Below are positions 21,630 through 31,317 of a DNA stretch of 64,000 nt, in pieces. The DNA comes from Campylobacter concisus. Its GTDB lineage: Bacteria > Campylobacterota > Campylobacteria > Campylobacterales > Campylobacteraceae. The DNA is taken from positions 32,158-96,157 of the forward strand of contig JAHAKV010000005.1 of assembly GCA_018371455.1 (NCBI GenBank), given 5' to 3'. Position numbers and translations under genes: made by a program. The notes below the pieces were generated by a model that saw only the letters and a program-made list of their open reading frames with translations, searched no databases and was not told where the DNA came from. The first letter of the stretch is position 1, and every line of letters begins with the position of its first letter.

Positions 21630-23048
21630 ATGCCTACAAATTTTGCTGAAATTTTAAATAACTGCGTTGAAAGTATAAATTCATTTCTTTGGGGTCCATA
21701 CTTCCTTATCGCCCTACTTTGCGGCACTGGACTATTTTTCACCATTAGACTTGGCTTTGTTCAGATTTTTAAATTTAAGATGGGTTTAGGCGAACTTTTT
21801 GGAAATTTCTCACTTCACGGCGAGGCTGCTGGCAAGGCTGGCATGAGCTCGTTTCAAGCAGTAGCAACCGCTATCGCGGCTCAAGTTGGCACTGGAAACC
21901 TCGTGGGTGCGACCACAGCGCTTATCATGGGCGGTCCTGGAGCCATTTTTTGGATGTGGTGCGCAGCCTTTTTAGGCATGGCTACAAATTTCGCTGAAAT
22001 TTGCCTCGCTCAAATTTACCGCACAAAAGATGACAGCGGACACACGATAGGCGGTCCAGCCTTTTATATAAGCCGCGGTTTAAAGGGCAAATGGGCGAAA
22101 TTTCTAGCTGGATTTTTCGCTATCGCTATCATCATCGCACTTGGCTTTATCGGCAACATGGTTCAAGCAAACTCCATATCAGACGGCTTTAGCGGCGCTT
22201 TTGGCATACCGCAGTGGCTAACAGGGGCGTTTTTGGCTCTCATTTGCGCGCTAATTTTCATAGGCGGCGTAAAGGCGATCGCAAGGGTCGCTGAAAAGAT
22301 CGTACCACTAATGGCGCTACTTTATATCGTTGTTGGTGTGGCTATCATCGCTTTAAATTTTCACCAAATCCCAGAGGCGATCTCACTAATATTTAAAGCT
22401 GCATTTGACCCTTCGGCTGCTTGGGGTGGGGCAACTGGCGCTAGCATCGCAGCTGCTATGAGATACGGCATCGCAAGGGGACTTTTCAGCAACGAAGCTG
22501 GCATGGGCTCAACTCCACACGCACACGCTGCTGCAAACGTCAAACACCCAGTCGATCAAGCCGTCCTTGGCATAATGAGCGTCTTTATAGACACCTTTGT
22601 CATCTTAAATATAACCGTTTTTGTGGTGCTTACTGCAAACGTCATCAGCTTTGAAAACGGCAAGGCGGTCTTTACTGGCATCACCTTGGTGCAAGAGGCG
22701 TTCTCGTCACATATCTTTGGCAAAACTGGCGGTTATAGCTTCGTGGCGATCTGCCTATTTTTCTTCGCATTTACGACGATCATTGGCTGGTATTACTTCG
22801 CTGAGATCAACGTGCGCTACCTTTTTGGCGCAAAAGCGGTTAAAATTTTTAAAATTTTAGTTGTCGTTTTTGTCTTTTTAGGCAGCTTGCAAAAGGTCGA
22901 TTTTGTCTGGAGTTTAGCAGATATGTTTAACGGTCTTATGGTTGTGCCAAATTTGATCGCCATTATCCTTCTAAGCCCAGTTGTAGCCAAACTTTTAAAA
23001 GATCACGATGCTGGCAAAGAGTACGACGTAAAAGAGTATTTGAAGTAA
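21630..23048 (+). CDS. Alanine/glycine:cation symporter (AGCS family)
   Basis: Polytopic, 472 aa, with the AGCS signature region (MGSTPHAHAAANVKHPVDQA). Confidence 0.8.
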   Translation: MPTNFAEILNNCVESINSFLWGPYFLIALLCGTGLFFTIRLGFVQIFKFKMGLGELFGNFSLHGEAAGKAGMSSFQAVATAIAAQVGTGNLVGATTALIMGGPGAIFWMWCAAFLGMATNFAEICLAQIYRTKDDSGHTIGGPAFYISRGLKGKWAKFLAGFFAIAIIIALGFIGNMVQANSISDGFSGAFGIPQWLTGAFLALICALIFIGGVKAIARVAEKIVPLMALLYIVVGVAIIALNFHQIPEAISLIFKAAFDPSAAWGGATGASIAAAMRYGIARGLFSNEAGMGSTPHAHAAANVKHPVDQAVLGIMSVFIDTFVILNITVFVVLTANVISFENGKAVFTGITLVQEAFSSHIFGKTGGYSFVAICLFFFAFTTIIGWYYFAEINVRYLFGAKAVKIFKILVVVFVFLGSLQKVDFVWSLADMFNGLMVVPNLIAIILLSPVVAKLLKDHDAGKEYDVKEYLK

Positions 23049-23091
23049 ATTTAAAAGTGCGTGGAGAGATTTCTCCACATTAAATTTATGA

Positions 23092-24399
23092 TTATAGATG
23101 GTCAGTTGGAGCAACAGTTATAGGCTCAAGTGGCATATAAAATGTCGTTGCTTGAGGTTCTGCGTATTTATTGCCAGCCTCATCTACTGATGAAGCTTGG
23201 ACTGTGTACTCAAAATCTCTATTGTTTAAAACACTACTTTCGACTTTCCAGTTGCCATCAGCATCAGCCTTAGCGCTTAGCTCTTCGACTACTTGAGCTG
23301 CTTTACCTAGCCAAGAGTTACCTAAGCCATCACGATTAATAATATCAGCTGTTTTAATAACCAAATTTATTTCAGCAAATGGCTCTGCTTTGCCCTCTAT
23401 GGTCGGTGAAAAGTCATATTGTTTATTGCTATCATACATTGTATTATAGTGTGACAGGTCAGAAAAGTCATCAGTAGATATTTTTGTGATAGACAAGGTG
23501 CTATTGTCTGTATCAACAGTTATCTCTTGCTTGCTTGTAGCTTTTAGCTCTTCGCCGTTTGCAGCTACTTTACTAGCTTCAATCGTAAATTTATGATCCC
23601 CATCAGCTAAAGGCGAAGTTGGTGTGTATGACCAGTTGCCATCATTATCAGCAGTTGTCGTGCCAAGCAGTGGTGCATTTTCACCTTCACCATCAAATAT
23701 ACTTATAGTAGAGTTTGCAGTAGCTTTACCTACTAAAGTTGGAGTGTTATCATTTGTGATATGTAGGCCTGTTCTTTGTGAATTTTCATGCTCTAAGATA
23801 TTGCCCTCGATGTCAAGGTTGCTGCTTACTGCCTGATCTGTATTTCCAGTCACTACGTTATCATCAACTGCTGTGACAGATACTTCTAGTGGCTGCGGCA
23901 ATATATTGTTATATGCATTATCTATCGCAGCCGCAAGTGTATCAAGACTAAAGCCCTCCTCGCTTGCGCCACCGCCTACATTTGTAAAAGCCTCTGCACT
24001 TGCATTTGCTTGAGAGCTTAGATCGCCAAAATTCGCATTGATGTTTGACTCATGACCGCCATTTGCAAAGCCAGCAGCGCCAAGGCTCACGCCATTCGAG
24101 CTTACTCCGCCCGCTGATTGAGTGCCGCCAGCTGCAGTCTCTTCAAGATCAGAGATATTTTTACCATTTAATAATTGCTCTTGTAGTGATGCTATCTCTT
24201 TGCCAGTCTCATCGCTAGCTTTTTCATTTTGAGTTTGCGCAGATTGTACCTCAACCTTTACGCCATCTTGCTCTTTTATGACCTCATTGTCATAGATCAC
24301 GTCGCCTGCTTTTAGAGTTCTTTGATTTCCGTTAGCGTCTATAGCGACGATGGCATCCGTGCCGATTATTGATTTTATTAGTCCTTTAACTTTACTCAT
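23092..24399 (-). CDS. Retention-module N-terminus plus Ig-like domain surface protein (LapA/BapA-type adhesin prefix, short form)
   Basis: N-terminus MSKVKGLIKSIIGTDAIVAIDANGNQRTLKAGDVIY matches the T1SS giant-adhesin retention module. Ig-like stretches follow (TVDTDNSTLSITKI...). No C-terminal RTX repeats. Confidence 0.55.
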   Translation of the reverse strand: MSKVKGLIKSIIGTDAIVAIDANGNQRTLKAGDVIYDNEVIKEQDGVKVEVQSAQTQNEKASDETGKEIASLQEQLLNGKNISDLEETAAGGTQSAGGVSSNGVSLGAAGFANGGHESNINANFGDLSSQANASAEAFTNVGGGASEEGFSLDTLAAAIDNAYNNILPQPLEVSVTAVDDNVVTGNTDQAVSSNLDIEGNILEHENSQRTGLHITNDNTPTLVGKATANSTISIFDGEGENAPLLGTTTADNDGNWSYTPTSPLADGDHKFTIEASKVAANGEELKATSKQEITVDTDNSTLSITKISTDDFSDLSHYNTMYDSNKQYDFSPTIEGKAEPFAEINLVIKTADIINRDGLGNSWLGKAAQVVEELSAKADADGNWKVESSVLNNRDFEYTVQASSVDEAGNKYAEPQATTFYMPLEPITVAPTDHL

Positions 24400-24642
24400 A
24401 ATTTTTCCCCTTTGCGTATTTTATGTTGTCAATTATAAGTAAAAAATTTATTTTATAGCTATTGTACTTTGGTACAGTTGTGACATTTTAGAAATGTGAA
24501 GTTATAAATTTTTGAGTTAAATTTAGTAAAAATTTGCCGTATTTTAGGGATTTAGTTTAAAATTTAAAAATGGCAGAGTTACAAAAAATATTTTTAAATT
24601 TTATTTATTTGATTTTAGGTTTTGGGAAATTTGAAATAGAAA

Positions 24643-24718
24643 TGGTGGCCCCGAATGGACTCGAACCATCGACCACTACCATGTCAAGGTAGTGCTCTAC
24701 CAACTGAGCTACGGGACC
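24643..24718 (-). tRNA. tRNA-Val (anticodon GAC)
   Basis: The reverse complement folds as a cloverleaf: GGTCCCG acceptor, GCTCAGTTGGTAGAGC D-arm, anticodon loop TTGACAT, GTTCGAGTCC T-arm, CCA end. Confidence 0.8.
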
Positions 24719-24940
24719 AAAGTTTTGGGATTATATTTTATTTTCCATTTTATTTAGCTTAATTATCTTTTTTTAAAATTCAACTTCATAAAACTGGTCT
24801 ATATTTTAGCGCTCTAAAATATTATTAATGCAGATTTAACCAAGCGAAGACTATAATTTCATAAAAGCAAGTTTAAGTAAAAATATTAGTTTTCCATTGA
24901 AATTTGATGTTTATAAAATCTTAATAGAAAGGAAAAGGGT

Positions 24941-25375
24941 ATGAATAAGCTTAAATTCATTGCTATTTTTGCCTGTTTATTTTCGCTTCATCTCTTTGGT
25001 GCTGATATGCCAAAGGGCGATCTAAACGTCACAAAAATAGTAGTCTCTGACGAGCTACGAGCCAAACACAAGCTCAAACCTCACCACGAGCACCTAAGCT
25101 TTGATTGCGTTGATTGTCACCAAAACCAGGGCGATGATCCTAGTAAATTTAAAGCGATCGGTGACGCTGGCTGTCTATCTTGCCACAAGAGTAAAAAACT
25201 CCTAGCTGATAGACTAAAATTCATGGATACCCTAAAGGCAAATCCTCACAACTCAGTCCACGACGGTCCAAATTTGTACTGCGACGAGTGCCACAACGAG
25301 CATAAGGAGTCTACAAATATGTGTTCTGAGTGCCACGCGCATGAAGTTCCGCAATGGATGGGGGTAACACCATGA
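24941..25375 (+). CDS. Periplasmic tetraheme cytochrome c
   Basis: Signal peptide plus four CxxCH motifs (CVDCH, CLSCH, CDECH, CSECH) in 144 aa. Confidence 0.8.
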   Translation: MNKLKFIAIFACLFSLHLFGADMPKGDLNVTKIVVSDELRAKHKLKPHHEHLSFDCVDCHQNQGDDPSKFKAIGDAGCLSCHKSKKLLADRLKFMDTLKANPHNSVHDGPNLYCDECHNEHKESTNMCSECHAHEVPQWMGVTP

Positions 25376-26076
25376 AAATTTCAAAAAAATTACTAGCGCT
25401 TATCATATTAATAAGCGGAATTGTTGGATTTTTAGTCGTTTTACCAGTTCATTATGCGCTTGATGAGACGAGTGGGGATAAATTCTGCATAGTTTGTCAC
25501 GAGATGGATCCTATGGTCATCGCCTATAACGACGACGTCCACAGCGGCAATGGCAAAACAGGCATAAAAGCTAGATGCGTAGACTGCCACATACCACACG
25601 ACAACATCGCAAAATACGCCCTAACAAAGGCGAAAAATGGCATTTTAGAGGGCTGGGTGCACTTCTTTGGCGATCCTAACGCTATTGATTGGCATAAAAA
25701 CCTCAAAAACCGCGAGCATTTCGTCTTTGACAACGGCTGCACAAGCTGCCATACAAATGTAATAGATAGCAACAAAACCTCAGCGCAAGCTCAAAAGATG
25801 CACGCTCACTACAAAAAGCTCCTTGACACTCCTAAAGAGCTAAAATGCGTAAGCTGCCACTACGACGCAGGTCACGGCGCTGGCTTTAGAAACTATCTTG
25901 AGTATTGGAAGCCGTCATATAAAATTTATGACAAGAAGATGCTTGAAAAGAGGATCGAAACTAAGCAAAAATTCTTCAAAGATGAGTACAAACCTACAAA
26001 AGAAGAAGAGGAATTTATAAAACAAAAGGCTGAAAAAGATGCCAAAAAACCAGCTGGCGGTGGCATGGCTGGCTGA
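25372..26076 (+). CDS. NapC/NirT/CymA-family membrane-anchored tetraheme cytochrome c
   Basis: N-terminal TM helix and four CxxCH motifs (CIVCH, CVDCH, CTSCH, CVSCH). The start ATGA overlaps the upstream stop. Confidence 0.8.
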   Translation: MKISKKLLALIILISGIVGFLVVLPVHYALDETSGDKFCIVCHEMDPMVIAYNDDVHSGNGKTGIKARCVDCHIPHDNIAKYALTKAKNGILEGWVHFFGDPNAIDWHKNLKNREHFVFDNGCTSCHTNVIDSNKTSAQAQKMHAHYKKLLDTPKELKCVSCHYDAGHGAGFRNYLEYWKPSYKIYDKKMLEKRIETKQKFFKDEYKPTKEEEEFIKQKAEKDAKKPAGGGMAG

Positions 26077-26723
26077 TGAAGAAGATCTTGTTGCTCTCAA
26101 GCGACTTTGAGCAAAATGTCATCCTAAATGCATCGCTTTACCGCTTTGGGTTTAGGATGATCCAGCTCAAAAGCGCCAGTGAAGTCATCAAAGACTTTGA
26201 GTGCGGCAACAGATACGATCTTTACGTTTTTGACGTAAAGGCTAGAAATTTAAACCTCGATCTGGTTAAATTTATAAGAGATAGCCAAAATATCACTCCC
26301 ATTATGCTTTTGCTAGACGTTAGCGTCCCTAGCGTTTTTAAGAGGATTTACTACGCTAGGGTTAATGACTTTATCATTAAGCCATTTTGCCCTGAAGAGT
26401 TTTTATTTCACGTTTTTAGGCTTTGCAAGGTGCTTTTGGGCTCTAAATTTGAGCTAAAAAATGGCCTTGTCTTTGACAAAGACTCCTAGTGTATAAGAAA
26501 AGAGGACGAGGTCATCTATCTTGGTAAAAAAGAGAACCAGCTACTTGAAATTTTATGCAAGAACTCGCCACACGTCGTCACCTATGATGAGATAGATCAC
26601 CACCTATATAAAAACGAAACCTTATCGCAAGAGTGTATAAGATCACTCGTGCGAGAGATAAGAGCCAAAATCCCAACTATCTGCCTAAAAACCGTGCGAG
26701 GTACTGGATATAAGGTGGAGTGA
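26076..26723 (+). pseudogene. OmpR-family response regulator interrupted by an in-frame TAG (receiver domain 26076-26489; winged-helix domain 26490-26723)
   Basis: A receiver-like domain (…YDLYVFDV…IIKPF…) ends at TAG 26487-26489. The same frame continues as CIRKEDEVIYLGKKENQLLEIL…KTVRGTGYKVE, a trans_reg_C winged helix. The start overlaps the upstream stop (tgATGa). Confidence 0.65.
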
Positions 26724-27141
26724 GGGGTTAGTCAAATTTAGATCTTATTTGAGGGGCAAATTTCTATACTTTTGGATCAAATTTGTTTAAATCCTGCACC
26801 CGTTTGACAACTTGTAACAATCTTTTATTAACTCATTATTTTTTTCAAAGCATCCTAGGATAGGCTTTTGATAAAGTAGCGTCTTTTTTCACAATATAAG
26901 CAAGTTATATCGCCTATTACAAAGCACTTTTTACGAAAATATATCGTTTTTACTACAAACAAATTTAGTATTATCCACTGACCATCAAAACAATGGCTTT
27001 TTTTAATTTGTAACAAAGAAGCCAAAAATCACTAATGATAACGACTATTCTGTGTGGATTTGTGGTGCCATTGCACCATCAAAAAGACTTTTTTAGAAAA
27101 TTTACGAAAGAATTTGTATAAATTTATAGCAAGAGCTGGCT

Positions 27142-28026
27142 TTACACCAACTCTCTTATGCTTTTTGTAAGCTCTAGGCTCGCTTCGATCTCGGCGCGTT
27201 TTGCCATGACACTTTCTATATTTATGCTTAAATTTAGCCCATTTTCGTCGCCAAATTTCTTTAGCTCACACCAAATTTCTTTGATGATCTCGCAGCTACT
27301 AGCTAGGTAGTCAGAGCTTAAATTTAGCCTCTCCTCAACCGAGCTTGGCACGCTCACTCCGAGCCATTTGATAAATTCAAGCGTTTTTGCATTGCCTGCT
27401 GTGCTAAATGTAAGAAATATCGGCTCGCTTATCTTTGCAGCCGCGCAATCCTCTAAAAATTTACGCGCTAGCTGTGCGTCAAATATCGCCTGCGATATGA
27501 AAAATTTAGCCCCAGCTGCGATCTTTTCACGCATCCTTTGTGGCTCATCGCCCTTTTTGCCGTGACGCTCAGCGATACAGACGCCGCCTACTGCCAAGCC
27601 CTCAAATTCCCCAGCGATCTCGTAAGCGCGAGCTAAATTTAGCCTCACTTTTTGCGTGCTTGAAGTTGCCCCCACTAGCACGTTTAAATTTGAGCTTTGA
27701 GCCTTAAGTGCTGTGCGAAATTCATCCTCGCCGTATCCGCTAGCCACGCGATAAAATATGCTAGGTGTTGCGACGTTTAGGTACTTTTTGTAGTAAATTT
27801 CTGGGCTTAGCGTCCCACTAAACTCAAATGTCCTCTCGCTATCATTTCGCTCGCTCTCGTCTTGCACCTCGTAAAGCACGAGCCCATCGGCCTTGATATC
27901 ATTTATCCGCCCCGTCCAGCGCTCTGAGATCTCACGCAGCTTTGCCTCGTCAAATTCAGCCTTTGGCGGCGTAAGGCCATATAGCAAGAGCCCTTTTTCT
28001 TTATTTAAAATTTTCTCTTTTAGCAT
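27142..28026 (-). CDS. metF: 5,10-methylenetetrahydrofolate reductase
   Basis: MetF-fold TIM barrel (…FFISQAIFD…); 294 aa; immediately downstream of metE on the same strand. Confidence 0.75.
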   Translation of the reverse strand: MLKEKILNKEKGLLLYGLTPPKAEFDEAKLREISERWTGRINDIKADGLVLYEVQDESERNDSERTFEFSGTLSPEIYYKKYLNVATPSIFYRVASGYGEDEFRTALKAQSSNLNVLVGATSSTQKVRLNLARAYEIAGEFEGLAVGGVCIAERHGKKGDEPQRMREKIAAGAKFFISQAIFDAQLARKFLEDCAAAKISEPIFLTFSTAGNAKTLEFIKWLGVSVPSSVEERLNLSSDYLASSCEIIKEIWCELKKFGDENGLNLSINIESVMAKRAEIEASLELTKSIRELV

Positions 28027-28030
28027 TTTC

Positions 28031-28489
28031 TCACTTTTGAACTAGATCAGCCCTCATCACCACGCCAACAGAACTTTTTGACGACATGCAGACAAACTCG
28101 TCTTTTAGATATTTTGCATCGGCTTGCCAAAAGCTCACGATATTTGCCACATCGGCATTTTGTTTTTTAGCAGCTATCATATATCTTTTTATGACGGCGA
28201 CAAAAGCCTCTTGGCAATAGCCCTTTATATCTCCGCTATCAGTGATAAATCTTTGAACCTTTACATTTGCCTTGATGACACTTTTATTTTGGTCGTTTGA
28301 GCCAAACTCAAGCCTCACATTTTCAAAGCCTGCTAGCTCTTTTTTGGCAGCTTCTAAATTTAAAGCCTCACTGATACTATAGATATTTGTTTGCTTGTAC
28401 GCACCTTTATTGAGTGGTATAGAGTGGCGTCCAGAACTACATCCGGACGCGAATATAACTAATATTACAAATAGAAAAATCCTTTTCAT
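28031..28489 (-). CDS. Lipoprotein of unknown function
   Basis: Lipobox VIFASGCSSG; 152 aa; sits between metE and metF. Confidence 0.55.
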   Translation of the reverse strand: MKRIFLFVILVIFASGCSSGRHSIPLNKGAYKQTNIYSISEALNLEAAKKELAGFENVRLEFGSNDQNKSVIKANVKVQRFITDSGDIKGYCQEAFVAVIKRYMIAAKKQNADVANIVSFWQADAKYLKDEFVCMSSKSSVGVVMRADLVQK

Positions 28490-28514
28490 TTTTCAAATCC
28501 TTTTTAATTAAATT

Positions 28515-30788
28515 TTATAGACCTCTTACGATCTTGACGGCTTCTACCATGTTTTTAAGGCTTGGCTCGACCTCTTCCCATTTTCTAGTTTTTAGGCCGC
28601 AGTCTGGGTTGATCCAGAGTTGCTCTTTTGGCAAGACTTCAAGCAGAGCTTTGATCTGAGCGACGATCTCCTCGACACTTGGCACGCGTGGGCTGTGGAT
28701 GTCGTAAACGCCAGGTCCGACCTCTTGTTTGTAGCCAACGGCTTTGAAAATTTTAAGTAGCTCGTTGCCACTTCTTGCAGTCTCGATACTGATAACATCA
28801 GCGTCCATTGCCTCAATAGTCTTAATAATATCGTTAAATTCAGAGTAGCACATATGCGTGTGGATCTGAGTTTTTGCCTCTGCCGAGCTTACTGAAAGCT
28901 TGAAGCAATCAACCGCAAATTTCTCATAAGCTGGGATATTTTCAGCTCTTAGCGGATAGCCCTCTTTAAACGCTGCCTCATCGACTTGGATCACTCTGAT
29001 GCCCGCATTTTGAAGGTCTGCGATCTCGTCGTAGATACAAAGTGCGAGCTGTTTTGCCACCTCGCTTCTTGGAAGATCGTCACGCACAAAGCTCCAGTTT
29101 AGCATCGTTACAGGACCTGTTAGCATGCCCTTCATTACGTGTTTTGTTATACTTTGAGCATATTTCATCCACTTAACAGTCATCGGCTCTGGGCGGCTTA
29201 CGTCACCAAAGAGAAGTGGTGGCTTGACACAGCGGCTGCCGTAGCTTTGTACCCAGCCATTTTGGCTAAATGCGTATCCACTGATCTGCTCGCCAAAATA
29301 CTCAACCATGTCATTTCTCTCTGGCTCGCCGTGTACTAGCACGTCTAGGCCGATATCTTCTTGAAATTTCACGCAGTGATCGATATATTTTTTGATGCCA
29401 GCTTCATAAGCGGCCGCGTCGATCTCGCCTTTTTTGAAATTTTGGCGAAGTACGCGAAGATCAACCGTTTGAGGGAAGCTGCCTATCGTTGTTGTTGGCA
29501 AGATGCCGTATTTTAGCGTTTCACGTTGAATTTTGATGCGATCTTCAAATTTCTCGTCACGCTCAAATTTGCTTAAATTTTTAACGCGGTTTTGAACACT
29601 TTCAGAGTGGATGAGCTTTGAAGTGGCGCGAGTTTTAACAGCATTTTTGTTCTCTTCGTAAATTTTAGCCTCAGTCTCATCAAGCTTCTCGCCGTTTGCT
29701 AGTTTTGTGATGATCTTGATCTCATCAAGCTTCTCAACCGCAAAGCTTAACCAGCTTTTGATCTCTGGGTTTAAATTCTCTTCATATTTTAGAGTGTATG
29801 GCACATGTAGAAGTGAGCATGAAGTGCCGATGTAAAAGTCTTTGCCGCCTATTTTTTCTGAAATTTCACGAACAAGTTTTACCTTCTCATCGATGTTGCT
29901 CTTCCAGATATTTCTGCCGTCGATCACGCCAGCAAATAGCGTCAAATGGCTATTTTTGATAGTCTCAAGTGCTTCGAAATTTCTCTTGCCGTGGATAAAA
30001 TCAAGCGCGATGCCGCAAATTTTAGTTTTAGCCACTTCGCTAACTGCCTTGATCGCATGCTCAAAATATGTCGCAAACACGATCTTGATGTTGTTTGCAA
30101 CGCCTGTTAGCTCGTTATAAACCTTTGTGATAAGTGGTAAAAGGTCGCTTTCGTTTTTGTCAGTTACGAAGATCGGCTCGTCAAACTGCACTAAAATTTC
30201 ATCATCAAGCTTAGAAATTTGCTCAAGTAGCTTTTTATACTCGCCTACAAGCGCGTCAAGGTGCTTAAATGGGCAGCTGCCATCAGTCGTCTTTGAAAGA
30301 GCCAAAAATGTGATAGGGCCGATCAAATTTACCTTGCCTTTTACTCCGTTAACCTTCGCCTCTTTGTATTCATTTAAAATTTTGTCCGCTTTTAGGCTAA
30401 ATTTACTCTCGCTGCTAAGCTCTGGCACGATGTAGTGGTAGTTTGTGTTAAACCACTTTGTCATCTCCATCGCAACGCCACTTTTGTTGCCTCTTGAGCA
30501 AGCAAAATATTGCTCCAAGCCGCTTAAATTTGCAAATCTTGGAGGTGTAGCGCCAAAAGCGATGATGTTATCAAGCATTAGGTCGTAAAATGAAAAATCA
30601 TTAACGCTAATAGCCGAAATGCCAGCGTCTTGTTGATATTTCCAGTGTCTTTGGCGAAGCGTCTTTGCAGTCTCTTGCAAATTCTCTTCGCTAAAGCCCT
30701 CTTTGCCAGCCCAAAAGCCCTCTAACGCGCGCTTTAACTCTCTTTTCTCTCCGATTCTTGGAAAACCTAAAACATAACTTTTTATCAT
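28515..30788 (-). CDS. metE: Cobalamin-independent methionine synthase
   Basis: MIKSYVLGFPRIGEKRELK N-terminus and duplicated MetE halves; about 757 aa from the ATG at 30788 with an AGGA RBS. The ORF track's upstream extension is unlikely. Confidence 0.92.
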   Translation of the reverse strand: MIKSYVLGFPRIGEKRELKRALEGFWAGKEGFSEENLQETAKTLRQRHWKYQQDAGISAISVNDFSFYDLMLDNIIAFGATPPRFANLSGLEQYFACSRGNKSGVAMEMTKWFNTNYHYIVPELSSESKFSLKADKILNEYKEAKVNGVKGKVNLIGPITFLALSKTTDGSCPFKHLDALVGEYKKLLEQISKLDDEILVQFDEPIFVTDKNESDLLPLITKVYNELTGVANNIKIVFATYFEHAIKAVSEVAKTKICGIALDFIHGKRNFEALETIKNSHLTLFAGVIDGRNIWKSNIDEKVKLVREISEKIGGKDFYIGTSCSLLHVPYTLKYEENLNPEIKSWLSFAVEKLDEIKIITKLANGEKLDETEAKIYEENKNAVKTRATSKLIHSESVQNRVKNLSKFERDEKFEDRIKIQRETLKYGILPTTTIGSFPQTVDLRVLRQNFKKGEIDAAAYEAGIKKYIDHCVKFQEDIGLDVLVHGEPERNDMVEYFGEQISGYAFSQNGWVQSYGSRCVKPPLLFGDVSRPEPMTVKWMKYAQSITKHVMKGMLTGPVTMLNWSFVRDDLPRSEVAKQLALCIYDEIADLQNAGIRVIQVDEAAFKEGYPLRAENIPAYEKFAVDCFKLSVSSAEAKTQIHTHMCYSEFNDIIKTIEAMDADVISIETARSGNELLKIFKAVGYKQEVGPGVYDIHSPRVPSVEEIVAQIKALLEVLPKEQLWINPDCGLKTRKWEEVEPSLKNMVEAVKIVRGL

Positions 30789-31284
30789 TTTTATCCTTTT
30801 TAAATTTAAATTTGCAGACGAAAATTCGCTCTGCGGACTACTATAAAACTGTGCAAAGCACAGCAACCTTGAATATTTTTAGCAGGTACATCCCTACAAC
30901 CCAAACCCCCAGCACGTTCAATGTTGTTGCGCTGCGCACAAGTCTGGATCACACCGCATGCGGTGGATGACACCCACTTCTTCTTAAACTAAAGTAAAAT
31001 TTATAAAAAACCCTACTAAAAAGATCCTTGCCAAATTTCAGGCATTGCTTAGCTTTGCTATTAAAAATGCAGTTACAATGCAGCGGACCTGCTAGCAAAA
31101 AGGGATTTATCTCAATGTGAAAAAATGTAAAATCATTTAAAAATTTGCGTGTTTTTTGAAAATCGCTGATATGTTTTTTGCCGAGATTAATGAGCTTTAC
31201 GCATGGGACAAGGCATCAGCGTTTTTCCTTTGTAGTGAATTTTTGTCGCATTATAAACGCTCTTTGCCAAATTTTTGTTTAAAG

Positions 31285-31313
31285 TTTGGGCGCTACTAAA
31301 TTTCACGCCCAAA
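31285..31313 (-). terminator. Hairpin terminator 3' of the dipeptidase gene
   Basis: tttgggcg…cgcccaaag inverted repeat flanked by T/A runs. Confidence 0.45.
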
Positions 31314-31317
31314 GTTT

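Noticed and set aside
26722-27141. 420-bp ORF-free gap as a possible mobile-element remnant
   Set aside because: There are no inverted terminal repeats and no transposase fragments. It contains a plausible bidirectional terminator hairpin (ggtgccattgcacc) and looks like an ordinary spacer.
30758-30970. 70-aa ORF upstream of metE
   Set aside because: It lies in the metE leader across the GC-rich palindromes and has no RBS. It is more likely a regulatory leader than a protein.
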